A stretch of DNA of 64,000 nucleotides from positions 119,449,943-119,513,942 of the forward strand of contig NC_068984.1 of the NCBI RefSeq assembly GCF_001194135.2. Reading direction: 5' to 3'. This DNA is from Octopus bimaculoides (Eukaryota). The notes under the pieces were generated by a model that was not told the origin of the DNA, searched no databases, and worked only from the letters and a program-made list of their open reading frames with translations. Made by a program: the position numbers and the translations under genes. Shown piece by piece: positions 13,021 to 26,720 of the stretch; positions within the stretch are counted from its first letter, which is position 1; the number at the start of each line of letters is the position of its first letter.

Positions 13021-13296
13021 AAAACAGGAATATGTTGGAAATAAAATTATATAAAGCTTGAAGAAATTAGTGGTAGTTTGCATAAGCAAAAACGAGTAAA
13101 AAAATTGAAAGTTTGATAAAGTTCATATGCCATGTAAACACACATATTTTGTAATGGCCATTCTTTGATAGAAAACCTCATTTTTTCCCCCCATTCTGTA
13201 TTATATAAACTTAATAAAATTTGTAAACTTCAGTGAGTTACTAGAGATAATTTGATCAACTATACCTTTTCATCTACAAGAATTGCTTGTTGTGCT

Positions 13297-13889
13297 TAAA
13301 CCTTTTGTTACCATATTTCTGTTGGGTCTTTATTTCAATTAATTATGAAAATAATGAAGAATTTTGTTAAATAACTATGTCCATATTAAGCTGGTATTTG
13401 GAACATAAAATAACTAGAATTCTTGGTGGAAGGTTTAATTTAGATAACTTTAAGTCTTTTTTTAAACATATTTCTGTTCTATCTTTCAATTAATTTCGAA
13501 AATAATAAAGAATTTATCAAAATAACTTTGTTATTTTTCAGTTAGTTTTTAGGACTAACTTGAAATTTTGATCTAAATTAAATTTAGATCACTTGAAAAA
13601 ATGAAGTTGAGAATCAAGAGAAGTCTCAGACAGTTTGGTATCAAGAGGGTTAAAGTTTTTTTTTTCCCCCCTTTTGTTACTTTCTTTTTATTGAAATAAA
13701 AAAAAAAACCTTTGTTATAATTAATTTGGAAAATAATAAAGAATATGGTGCAATAACATTATCATCATTAATCTGGTGTTTGGAACTTAACATGAAATTT
13801 TAATTGAATTTAAATCACTTTGAAATATGAATTTTGTATCATAGACAGTAGGGACAGTATCAAGACAGATTAATATCAAAAGGGTTAAT
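13297..13889 (+). mobile_element. Three adjacent decayed copies of a piggyBac-type MITE
   Basis: Recurrent caattaatt..gaaaataat.aagaat core; left end ttaaacctttt, right ends gagggttaa and aagggttaa. Confidence 0.55.
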
Positions 13890-16419
13890 TAAAAGAAATG
13901 AATATTCTTTATCTTAGAAATTTTGTGGAAGTTAAACCAAGTATTTTTTCATCCCTAAAAAAATAAAGGTATGTACTCTTAACCATTTAATAACCTCTTT
14001 TTACAGTAGAAAGATTAAAATACAGGAGTGAAGTTTAATGTAGTTAATGTTAAGTGTCGAAGTTTCAAGAGACTGAAAAATATCAACAGGAAGGAAATTC
14101 CAGAGATGAGTGCTAAGGAAGAAGGTGAAGAAATAGAAAAGCAGGTATAAGGATATCAGAAGGGTTTTTTTTTGTTTTTGTTTCTTTTTACTCTAACATA
14201 ACTAATAAAACTGCAAAACTGAATAGAAATACACCACATAAAAAAATTCTTACTTTAAGTCAGTGATTATAGATAATGGCTTTCAATGAGCAGAAGTTGT
14301 AGTAATGGTTGAAGAAACAAGTTAAGATATATTCGTGGGAAATAAATCTTCTTTTGGTTTTGTTTTTAATCTATTAACACCCATTATAGTCTCAAGAAGT
14401 TGAGGATATGGTTGAAATTATAGCTCTTGAGTGTTGTGAAGTAATAGAACTTGAAGGCTGATAAATATTTCACTCTGGTATGTCTTGGGTCAGGAAGCAC
14501 AATGGTTGAGTGGATTAACTGTTGGCATATGAGATTGTATCATGATTGCTTGACACATTAGTCAAGACTAGGGCACAACTGTATTGTGTTCTAGTTGCTA
14601 CATTTTACTTAGTTGGATAACTAGTACATGTTTCAGTTGGGAATACATTTGCAATAGACCAGTTGTCACTGATCACTTTTATGCTATGTAACCCAGAAAA
14701 AATAATAATAAAAATAAAATCTACTGGTCTTTCAAGCTGTACGTCTCTGTGAAAAATATTTTTAAGAATAATTTTCTTTTCAAATAACATATTTTATAAT
14801 CATTATATACATCCAGTCAAGATGTTCTAATATTTGACACTTTTTCTATCAGTTTCTACTTAAGACTAAAGCCTATTTTGAATATTGGAGTTAGATGCTT
14901 CTAAATAGTTATACATCTTCAACTCTTTAGTATTCAGATTACTCAGTCAAATGCAATGCTTATTTATTCACATTGTTTTGAATTAATCATGTATTATCTT
15001 GTAGCTTTGAGATTTCAATGGTGTGCTTGTTTAGTTATAGAAAGATATTGTAGGGTAGGTGTAAGAGGCTAAGTCTAATCAGTTTGAACATAAGACAGCT
15101 GGAATATCTGAGCTGGATATAGCCTTATTCATGTGGCACCAGACCGGGTGTCTCTCACATGGCACCACCACAAGTGCTCCTCACATGCTGTCAGCATGGA
15201 TGCTTTCCATGTGGCACCAGTATGGGTGCTCCTCATATGTGGTGCTGGCACGAGTGCTTTTTCTGTGACACTGGCATGGGATAATGAAGGATAATGGACC
15301 CCTCACACAATATGAGTTAAATAGATATATCTTCTGCTTATCTGAGTAATCAATCATCAGAACTAAAGGGTTAAACTGATAAAATTAACCATTTATTCAT
15401 TGTTTTCCATTGAAACTGATTATAGACTTTTATTTAAATCTTATACTCTGCAGATTTTATTAACATAGCTGAATAAATCTTGAAAACTGTTAGGCTTGAT
15501 GTAGTTGATGCAGGTATGACAGAATTTCAAAAGGCATCAATAATAGAGATATATAACATACTTTCACAAGGTCTAGGAATTTTTCTGGTTGGTTTAGTAT
15601 CAGAAAATAGCTAAGATTATGATGATTTCTAGAAAAAAATTATTTTGATAGGGACTAATTACAGAAAACAAAAAGATATTTTAGGCAGTTTAGACAAGAG
15701 AACTTATTCCATAATTATCCATTCACTTGGAAAGGTTATGGTTATATATAAAGTCTAGACATTCACTGTTTATAAGTGAAGCCTTTCAAATTATGAAAAT
15801 TTCATTTTTAGTTGGACATGGCTTTCAAACAATAGTTTGTGCATAATCTATTAGCTGTTGATAGTTTCTGTGTCTTATCAATGGCAGGGATCTCACAGTG
15901 AAGAAGAGAACTTGGAATGCTTGCAATGAGATATGCCAGTAGCGAAAGGTATGTTGAAGATATTTTGATGGATCAGTCAAGCCAGTGTAACTGATGTTTA
16001 ATGCTGGTTAGAGTAGCTAAAAAAACAAAAAAACAACCCCCAAAAAGCTTCTGTAATATTATGATATGGTTGAATAGGAGTCATGAATGATGGTAGTCAG
16101 ATTATAAATAAATATAGTTATAAATACAGTTAGGTTATAAATATAGTTAGGTAAGGGTTATCTGTTGATGTGAGTTTATGAAAACTACATTTCTAAATAT
16201 GGTTAATTTTAATTGAATAACCAGAACCAGTAGGGATATGATCATCATCATTTAACATCTGTTTTTCATGTTGGCATGGGTGAGAGGGCTTGACAGGGCT
16301 GGCAAGATGGAGGGCTGCACCAGGTTCCAGTTATCTGTTTTGACATGGATTCTATGGCTAAACGCCCTTCCTAATGCCAACCACTTTACAGAGTGTACTA
16401 GGTGTCTTTTACGCAACAC

Positions 16420-16640
16420 CAGCCCAAGTACTTTTTTATGTGATACCGGTACAGGTGCTTTTCACATAGCACTGGCCCTGGTGGTTATCATGTGGCGCCA
16501 GCCTGGGTGATTCTCATACACCACTGGCATGAATGCTTTCCACATTACACTGGCATGGGTAATTTCCATGTGGTGCCAGCATGGGCACTTTTATGTGGCA
16601 CCAGCGCAAGTGCTTTTTACATGGTGCCAGCATGGGATAA
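16420..16640 (-). repeat. Minisatellite of ~22-nt units (atgtggcaccagcatgggtgc-like), paralogous to 15130-15290
   Basis: Repeated units at both loci, followed by the same unique flank gggataatgaa.gataatgga...atctgagtaat..tcatcagaac. Confidence 0.6.
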
Positions 16641-16809
16641 TGAAAGATAATGGATCCATCACATAAGATGAGGTAAATAAATATATCTTCTGCCTATCTG
16701 AGTAATAACTCATCAGAACAACACTAATGTAAACAAGATTTTGATAGCATGTCCAGATAAAATAATTAATAGAAATGTAAACATAGTCATTGGTGGATTA
16801 ATGGAAATG

Positions 16810-17394
16810 TGGTGAGAATGAATGAGGACAGCTGCGTGAAAAAGTGCCACACCCTAATAGTTGAGGGAACCCGTGGAAGAGTTAGGCCCAGGAAGACCTG
16901 GGCTGAGGTGGTGAGGCAAGACCTTCGAACATTGGGCCTCACCGAGGCGATGACTACTGACCGAGACCTTTGGAAATGTGCTGTGCGTGAGAAGACCAGG
17001 CAAGCCAAGTGAGATCGTTGCCAGTGCCCCTGGACTGGCTCTTGTGCGGGTGGCACATAAGATGTACCATCTTGAGCGTGACCGTTGCCAGTACCGCCTG
17101 ACTGGCCTTTGTAGGGTTTTCGAGCGAGATCATTGCCAGTGCCCCTGGACATGCTCTTGTGCGGGTGGCACATAAAAGACACCATTTCGAGCGTGGCCGT
17201 TTTCGTGCGGGTGACACGTAAAAGCACCCACTACACTCTCTGAGTGGTTGGCGTTAGGAAGAGCATCCAGCTGTAGAAACTCTGCCAAATTAGATTGGAG
17301 CCTGGTGTTGCCATCCGGTTTCACCAGTCCTCAGTCAAATCGTCCAACCCATGCTAGCATGGAAAGCGGACGTTAAACGATGATGATGATGATA
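16810..17394 (+). mobile_element. Young RTE LINE 3' end: ORF C-terminus, hairpin-array 3' UTR and (GAT)n tail
   Basis: ORF end CVKKCHTLIVEGTRGRVRPRKTW...DLWKCAVREKTRQAK* followed by the abundant UTR ending ggacgttaaacgatgatgatg. Confidence 0.88.
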
Positions 17395-17962
17395 AGTATA
17401 ACATTTTAGGTATGAGTAGAACTTGACAGATGAAATTGGAATTTTACATAGAGAGAAGCAATGGAATTTATAGAATCAGAAAAGTCAGTTCCAGAAAAGA
17501 TTAACATGGAAAAGACATATGCATGCATGAATGTATGTGTGCATGCATGTATGCATGATATATGTATTTATGTATGTACATATGTATGTATGTAAAAAGG
17601 GTAAAGACCCCCTTTGATCATGAATGACCATGGGATTACTCCTAGAAAGTTACTCTCAGAGGCACAAATCTGGGCAAATTTGTTTATGGAAGACTAGCAG
17701 TTGCCCATGCATACAAGTTCCCTTCTTCACACCACTGATGTTATCCAAGGGAAAGGTAAGGGCCAATACAACTTGGCACTAGTGATATTGCAACTCATTT
17801 CTACAGATGAGTGAACTGGAGCTAAGTAAAATAGAGTGTCTTGCTCAAGAACACAACACACAGCCTGGTCCAGAAATCAAACTGAGCCATGTGCCTTTGT
17901 ATGTATGTATTGCTGCTGCTACCACCACCACCACCAAACTTCTTAACCACATAGATATGACA

Positions 17963-18036
<74 letters not shown>

Positions 18037-18809
18037 CATTTTATATATACATATGTATAATCTGTTATGATCTAAATTTGTTGAATAATATAACAGGGAG
18101 ATTGATAGTCCATGTATGCATCAATAATGATGGTGAATTCTACAACTCACAGGGCTGACCCCAAAATCTCATCTTCATAAAATATTGAAGACATGTCAGT
18201 GTCACACAGTCTATCCACTCAAAGCCTTATCTACAGGAAGAGCAGAACTTGTCACCATAGCCTAATAGAACACTCACCAATCTTACAATGCTGCCATCAT
18301 GCAGAGCAGAATACTGTATACTACCCTATATTACTACTTACAGCTAGTTGAACTAGGCCAATGGAAGTTAAGCATCTTGACCATGAATACAATGCTCTAG
18401 ATTATAAAATGCTGACCACTTGAATAATAGTTCAACACCCTATTGACTTGGATATATGTAGCTACTAATTGTTCAAAGGCCATGACAAATTTTATACATT
18501 GAATTTTTAGTTTATTTCAGCCATCACAGCTAAATCAAAAATGTCGTTCTCTCTCTCCCTCTCTCTCTTTCTTTTCTCATTGTGTTTTTCTTTTAGCTGA
18601 ATACTGCACCAAGGAATGCTCATCTGTTTAGCTGCTTTTATGTTCTGCTGTCTCTTTAGATTTCGGGAAATAAACATAGCTTATTTGATTATTTAACCCA
18701 CAAAAAAAAGCTAACAATCTAGTGAGAGATTTGTAACCTGTTTGAATATGGCAATGAGAAACTTGAAATAAATTAGAACTCATAACAGCTTCAATAATAT
18801 TGATTTCAA

Positions 18810-19020
18810 TTTTTTAGCACAAGGCCAGCAAGTTTGGGGTTGTGGTTGTAAGTTGATTACATCAACCCCAGTGATCAACTGGTACTTATTTTATCAACCT
18901 CGAAAGGATGAAAGGCAAAGTCAACCTCAGTGGAATTTGAACTCAGAATGTAAAGTGCGAAGAAATGCCACCAAATACTTTGTCAAGCATGGTAACAATT
19001 CTGCCAGCTCGCCCCACCTT
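18810..19020 (-). mobile_element. Third SINE-like family
   Basis: ggtacttattttatcaacc..gaaaggatgaaaggcaaagtcaacctc..ggaatttgaactcag core, also at 25555-25720 and in part at 63180-63260. Confidence 0.6.
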
Positions 19021-19381
19021 GATCATCATCATCATCATTGTCGTTTAGCATCCGCTTTCCATGCTAGCATGGGTTGGACGATTTGACTGAGGACTGGTGA
19101 AACCGGATGGCAACACCAGGCTCCAATCTGATTTGTCAGAGTTTCTACAGCTGGATGCCCTTCCTAACGCCAACTACTCAGAGAGTGTAGTGGGTGCTTT
19201 TACGTGCCACCCGCACGAAGGCCAGTCAGGTGGTACTGGCAACGGCCATGCTCAAAATGGTGTATTTTATGTGCCACCCACACAAGAGCCAGTCCAGGGG
19301 CACTGGCAACGATCTCGCTCGAAAGTCCTTACACATGCCGCGGGCACAAGTGCCAGAAAGGCGACGCTGGGCACAGGTGCC
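19021..19381 (-). mobile_element. RTE LINE 3' UTR copy (antisense), cut by N gap
   Basis: Reverse complement of the family UTR. Confidence 0.85.
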
Positions 19382-22300
19382 NNNNNNNNNNNNNNNNNNN
19401 NNNNNNNNNNNNNNNNNNNNNNNNNNNNNNNNNNNNNNNNNNNNNNNNNNNNNNNNNNNNNNNNNNNNNNNNNNNNNNNNNNNNNNNNNNNNNNNNNNNN
19501 NNNNNNNNNNNNNNNNNNNNNNNNNNNNNNNNNNNNNNNNNNNNNNNNNNNNNNGCCTTTAGTCGAGCAAATTGACCCCAGCACTTATTCTTTGTAAGCC
19601 TAGTACTTATTCTATCGGTGTCTTTTGCCGAACCGCTAAGTTATGGGGACGTAAACACACCACCATCGGTTGTCAAGCGATGTTGGGGGGACAAACACAG
19701 ACACACATACATATACATATATATATATATACATATATACAACAGGCTTCTTTCAGTTTCCGTCTATCAAATCCACTCACAAGGCTTTGGTCAACCTGAG
19801 ACCATAGTAGAAGACACTTGCCCAAGGTGCCACGCAGTGGGACTGAACCCGGAACCATGTGGCTGGTAAGCAAGCCACTTACCAAAAAAAAATACAGTGA
19901 ACTTGCTGTGAGGAGTGCAAAATCATACATTTTGGAGAGAGTTCTTCAAGGGAAAGTTGAAAGGAGAGAATTTTATTAATTCCTCTCCTTTCATCTCTTC
20001 TGTAATGAAGGATTTTGTCTGAAATGTAGGATTTTCCACTCTTCACAGTAAGTTCACTGTATTCCTTTTATTGATTTTACTAGATTTTACAAGTCTTGCT
20101 GATACAGACCAACACCAGCCACTTTGGAATCTATCTGATCATAGATACCATCTTCAATAAGCAGAATATTTTATCAAAATGAAAACTGATGGTAATTAGT
20201 TATTCACAAGAACTAGTGAGAATTATTACATATGCGCTGGAACTAAAAGGAGTTAGTCCTTGTGTATAAGAAGCCATAAAATATCAGTGCTCGTTTTTAT
20301 TTCTCAGTTTGCTTTTTGTTTCCAAGAATATCTTCCGTCTTTTACTTGTCTTAGTCATTGGACTGTGGCCAATATTTTAGTTGAATGACTTGACCTCAAT
20401 GCTTATGTTTTTTTGCTTTTTTTTTAAGTCGGGGACTTAGTCTGTTGGTCAATTGTGCCAAACTGGTAAGTCACAGGGACATAAACAAACCAATGCTAGT
20501 TGTCAGGTAGGGGAGAGGGACACAGACACACACACACACACATATATATATCTATATCACATATATATATGATGGGCTCCAACCGTTTCTGTCTATCAAA
20601 TCCACTTGGGCCAGGGTTATAATAGATGACACTTGCCCAAGGTACCATGCAGAGGGACTGAACCCAGAACCATGCGGTCAGGAAGCAAACTTTTTATCAT
20701 GCAGCCATGCCTGTGTCTATATAATAGATATCTAACTAAAGCAAGTGGTTTTACACAGATGTCTGCTCATGACAACTACTACTCAAACCACAAAGCAGGA
20801 ATGGTTTCTATATTTCAATAAAGAAAGGATCTAATAAGAAATCTGTAGTCACCATCATCATCATCGTTTTAACATCCATTTTTCTATACATGCATGGTTC
20901 AGATGGAATTTGTTGAGGCAGATTTTCTAGGGCTGGGTGCCTTTACAAGGTAATATTTCTTCCTGACCAGACAAGTTTTTTCAAGGAAGATTGGAAATGA
21001 ACAACAGTGCTTGAATCTTTTTATCTTTTATTTGTTTCAGTCATTTGATTGTGGCCATGCTGGGGCACTGCCTTGAAAGGTTTTAATTGAACAAATCAAC
21101 CCCAGGTTTTATTTTTTTAAGCCTAGTACTTATTCTATCAGTCTCTTTTGCTGAATGGCTAAATTACAGAGACATAAACACCTGAACACTGGTTTTCAAG
21201 TAGTGATTGGGGATAAACACAGACACAAAGACATTTACACACAGATATATATATACATTATTTATATATACATATATACAACAGGCTTCTTTCAGTTTTC
21301 ATCTGCTAAATCCACTCACAAGGTTTTGATTGACCTGAGGCTATAATAGAAGATACTTGCCCAAGGTGCCATGTAGTAGGACTGAACCTGGAACTATGTG
21401 GTTGGGAAGCAAGCTTCTTACTACACAATCACACGTACACCTATGATGGTGATGCTTGTTTACAATCATCACATGGTGTCACAACAAGGGTGTAAACACA
21501 CACACAAATACACACACTCACACAAATATGACAGACTTCTTTCAGTTTTTCATCTACCAAATCCACTTCAATCAGCCTGGGGCTTTAGTAGAAGATATTT
21601 GCCCAAGTTAACACACAGCGGGACTGAATCCAAGACCACATGGTTGGGAAGCAAGCTTCTTAACCACACAGCTATTCCTGTGCCTTGCAGCCATGCCAGC
21701 TTAGTGTGGATATGAAATCGGAAAAAGAACCTTTACATCATGACTCTGTTGTTTTTCATGACCCAGAGACAAAAAAGTAAAAAGCAAATAGTAGTCATAA
21801 TACTGATGATAACACCTTAGCAACTCATCAATGTTATCAATACAATGTATAAATGTTGAGCAATTTTCAAGGGTTAATAAGCTGTTTCAACTTCAGGGGA
21901 TGTTACTGTTCTTTTAATTCCAATAACAATGTGTGGCTAATGAGTACCATCATCATCATCTAATGTTCTCTGTTGTCCATAAATTGGATGGGTTGACAGG
22001 ATCTGATGGGTCCAAGGACTGTACCAGGCCCCACTTTTCTTTCTGTTTCAGCATGGTCTCTATGGCTGGAAGCCCTTCCTAATGCCAACCACATTACAAA
22101 GTGTACTGGTGTACTGGGTGCCTTTTTTCACACTACAGGCACTACTGAGATCACCATGCAACTCACAAGACTATGAGCACTGAGAGAGGTGGGGGGTCAG
22201 CTTTATACTAGGAGATTAAAGTATGTGAGAAGCTGGGGGAGAGGGGGAGGGCAGAACAGGCTCTTGCAGAAGATTTGCATGGCTACTCAAGTTTAGTAAG

Positions 22301-23199
22301 AGAGGGAGAGAATGATCAGTAGGAGCTGCAATGAGATAAGATAGAGGATATGAGTATATTCCACATAATAAAGCAGCATAGTTTTGGTTTCATTGAACGA
22401 CAGCTTCATACAACCTTTAAGTATTTTATTTATGAGTGTAGATTAACCAAAATGAAGCAATTGGACCTATCTGAGTAAACAGAATTTGCTTCATAGCTTG
22501 CATGGGAGAAATAAATTAAAGCTAAGCACAAACATTTACTGCAATGTTAGAGTTATTACGAAGTACTCTCAGTGGGTCAGAGAAAATTTAATGACAGACT
22601 TGCAGACACTGACTAAGCAAATGCTAAACATAAAGATATTTCACTGAAAACACCTAAATAGTTGCCTTCTTAAGTTACTGACGACAATACAGTTATATAA
22701 AATGATAGTAAGTTTAAACTTTTTTTTTTCCACAAAATTTTCATTAAAATTTCATAAGTTTTCCTTTAGAATATTTTTCATTTCAGTTGAAAACTATTCC
22801 AGAGTAAAACTTCAGTTAATTTTATTTTAATTTAATAAGTAAGAGGCTGGAGATGAAAGATAGCCAGGAAATTGGAAGCATGGTGGATAAATAGGATATT
22901 TCTGAAGGTATATGGGAACTTCTCCTTGTAGAAATTTGCAGCAGCAACAGACAATAAATTCTCTAATGGAAAACATGAAGGACAACCGCTTTCTCTTTAT
23001 CTTTTAGTTGCTTCAGGCATTGCACTGTAGCCATGCTGGAGCACTGCTTTGAAAGGTTTATTTGAACAAATTGACCCCAGTAGTTATTTCTTTTTAAAGT
23101 GTGGTACATATTCTATCAATCTCTTGTGCTGAACTACTAAGTTACAGGGATGTAAGCTCACCAACACTGGCTGTCAAGTGGTGTGAGAACACACACAAC

Positions 23200-23925
23200 A
23201 GACACACACACACACACATACATAGACACATACATATATACGTACATACATACATACATACGTATGTACATACATAGATACGTATGTATGTACATACATA
23301 CATACTCACATACGTATATACACACATAGATACGTACATATATATTCATACACACATACATATATGCATATACACATACATACATACAAACGTACATACA
23401 TAAGTACATACAAACATACGTACATACATATATACAAAAATACGTATACACACATACACATACATGCACACATACATACACACACATACATACATACATA
23501 CACACATCACTGGAACTGTAAAAGTCTGTAAAACTTTCCAGGAGTTTATGAGTTAAATATATATATGAGCATGTCTAGATATGCAACTATATGCATGAGA
23601 AAACATACATAAAACAAAACATACACATCTGCACATATACATACACACACACACACATATATACATACATACATACAAATGTACATACATATGTACATAC
23701 ATACATACAAACATACATACATACATGCATACATACAAAAATACTCTGTTGTTGACGTTGAAATTTCAATGAAGGAGCCTTGGATCTAGGTTAGAAACCA
23801 GCTCTTTCTCTATTGGCAAGAAATCTAGAAATAAAGCTGATTAATGACATACATACATACAAATGTACATACATATGTACATACATACATACATACAAAC
23901 ATACATACATACATACATACATAGC
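23200..23925. repeat. (CATA)n/(TACA)n microsatellite arrays
   Basis: Three arrays at about 23200-23505, 23595-23740 and 23847-23925. Confidence 0.9.
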
Positions 23926-24875
23926 ACATGAATATCTTTTAAATATTTTTTACTTGTTTCAATCATTGGACAGTGGCCATGCTAGGGCAGCGTCTTGAAG
24001 GGTTTTAGTTGAATGAACCTGGTACTTATTTTATCAGTTTCCTTTGCCAAACTGTTAAATTGCAGGAACATAAACAAACCAACACCAGTTGTCAAGCAGT
24101 GTTGGGCAAATACAAACACAATCACAGATACACACATAATATATACATATATACACATACACATAATATACACACGCACACACATCATAGGCTGCAATAA
24201 TTTTTTTTGCACAAAATTAATAAATAAAAACAGTGCATTCCATTGATATTTAAATATATTCTTGCACCCAGTCATTTAGAGGTTTTTGTGTCTGCTTGTG
24301 TAGAAGAGAGAAAGAATGAAAGAAAGAGAGGCAGGAAGGAGAAAGACAGAGAATAGAGAGAGGGGGGAAGGAGAAAGAGGATAGAAAGAAAGAGAATAGA
24401 GAGAAGAGGAAGGAGAGAGAATAAAGAGAGAATTCCAGACAATATAATACTTGACTCATATAAATTTATCCCTTGACATATTCAGAAAAGCAACGATGGC
24501 TAGTGTGAAGGTTTCTCTCAAGATATGATCCATATCTACATTGTTTCCTGTGAATACATTTCTACTAAAAACACTAAATGCATATGTACCAAGTCACTAA
24601 AAAACAGACAGTTGCAATGTACAACATATGTATGTATTTGGAATTGTAAGATAATTAAAAAAATTACTTACAAAACAGATTTATTTTTGAAACATGACAA
24701 TGGCATACCTATAGGCGTAGGCACTGCTGTGTTGTTTAGAAGCTTGCTTTGCAACTATGTCATTTCAGGTTCAATCCCACTGCACAGTACCTTGGGCAAA
24801 TGTTTTCAACGATCACCCCAGGTTGGCCAATGCCTTGAGAGTGAATTTAGTAGAGAGAAATTGTGTGGAAACCCA

Positions 24876-24919
<44 letters not shown>

Positions 24920-25385
24920 ACACTTGCACTTGTCATCTCAACCCCTTGCTTGCTTGACAGCCAATGTTGGTTTGTTTATGTCCCTGTAACCTAGAAGTTC
25001 AGCAAAAGAGACTGATAGATCTGATAGCGCTTAAAAAATAAGCACTGGAGTCGATCTGTTCAATAGATCTGTTATATCTCAATAGAGTGGTGCTATATCT
25101 CATTGTTTTCATGTCATCATTTCTAATAACAGAAGAGCACCTGGGTTAGTACGACGGGATCCGTCATCACTATCGTCAGCTGGTTCCATGGCACTGAATA
25201 AAACAGTATGCAAATTCACCAAGTTTGATACCATGAATTCTAATTCTTTCAAATTGAAACTCCTCCTCCTGAAAACTCCAGACTTCAGGAAACAACTCAG
25301 TAGAATCAGCAACCTTAATATCAGAACAATCCTGAATGCTATGATGTAATTCCTGTTCCATAATGATTCCCACTATTTAAAAAAA

Positions 25386-26720
25386 GGAGCTATGACATGG
25401 CTAAGATCACTGACCTCATCAGATTATTTATCCTAGATAATCTAAAGAATGTACATGCCCTGACAGTTCAACCCTGTACAGAAAGGACAGCTTGACAATA
25501 TGAATGGCCATACCATAGATAAGTTTAGAAAAAATATTTTTTTCTGTAGGCAGAAGGCCTGAAATTTTGGGACTGGGGACTTAGTGTTTAACTGGTACTT
25601 ATTTTATTGACTCTGAAATGATGAAAGGCAAAGTCGACCTCAGTGAAATTTGAACTCAAAGCATAAAACCAAAAGAAATGGGATGCTAATGATTCTGCCA
25701 TTTTGCTGTCTAAAGTTCAGGAAAACATTAAAATATCTTCAAGGAGTTTGGCTGAAATATAACAGCTACTACCAGCTTAGAAATGATTGATTTCATGGAT
25801 GCCATCTGAGACTTCATGACTGAGACAAATGCTATCCCTACAGAAAGAAACTCATGAGCAAACAGTTTATATATTCAGGAATGGCTTTCATAAGAAATCT
25901 GTAGATGTCTGTAGAAGCTGCGGTCAGAAATCTAGTCACAGGCATCAGCAGAAGAAGCTCTAATTTAGTGGCAAACGGAGATTTTCAACCAGGCTGAATC
26001 CCATTATGAGACAATAATGAGAAATGGACTTGGCGAGAAGTTAATGTATATGAAGAATCCTCTGTCCCTTAGTCATACCTAAAGGGTTCAAGAAGAGAAA
26101 GGTGATATGGTTCAATCTCCCATGCTATTTCTGCATCTCTACTAATATTTCTAGAAGCTTTCTGCTTTATTTAGACAGAATTTCTCAACCACTTGTAAGT
26201 ACCATAAACTTTTCAATGCCTATCACATTAAGGTTAGGTACTCATACTTAGATAATATCTTACCATCATGTGCTACAACAGAAAAAAAAAACATGCACTC
26301 ACACAAAATCACCCTACAACCCAGCCTGTAACTAGCAAAATTTTATTAATAGTCCACTGGGGGAATCTTGCTTCTCAAAGACTGTGATCCATCACATGAC
26401 AGCTGTATGAGTCAAAAAGCCAATGATTCCTAGAGATCATTCATACAACTACTTCATGTACAGAGAAATGGAAGACTCCACTTCCCTATCTCACTCATTC
26501 TGGAAACTTTGGGACCAGACACATGACTTGCCTAACATTACATGGAACATCCTTGACAAGGCATTTTGTTACTCATCTCGAGTTCGAAATTGTCAACTCT
26601 GTCTGGCAGCCTGCAGTATCTATCAACAGGAAAACTGAACTACAAGATATAATCCCTGCTTGCTCATAGAGAGATTATTCTCCTTCTCTCTACCCCCAAT
26701 ATCGCCTACCATCAAATATA
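25386..26720 (+). mobile_element. Decayed Penelope-like element (RT C-half and GIY-YIG), interrupted by a SINE at about 25555-25720
   Basis: GSYDMAKITDLIRLFIL, LYRKDSL, IDFMDA..YPYRK, VIWFNLP, KYHKLFN, IKVRYSY, STSLSHSFWKL..NITWNILDKA..NCQLCL all match PLE motifs. Confidence 0.75.

Noticed and set aside
16787-19597. Recurrent ORFs such as MKPDGNTRLQS... and MLLRVTRTKASQ...
   Set aside because: Antisense or alternative-frame translations of the LINE 3' UTR repeat; their recurrence reflects repeat copy number.
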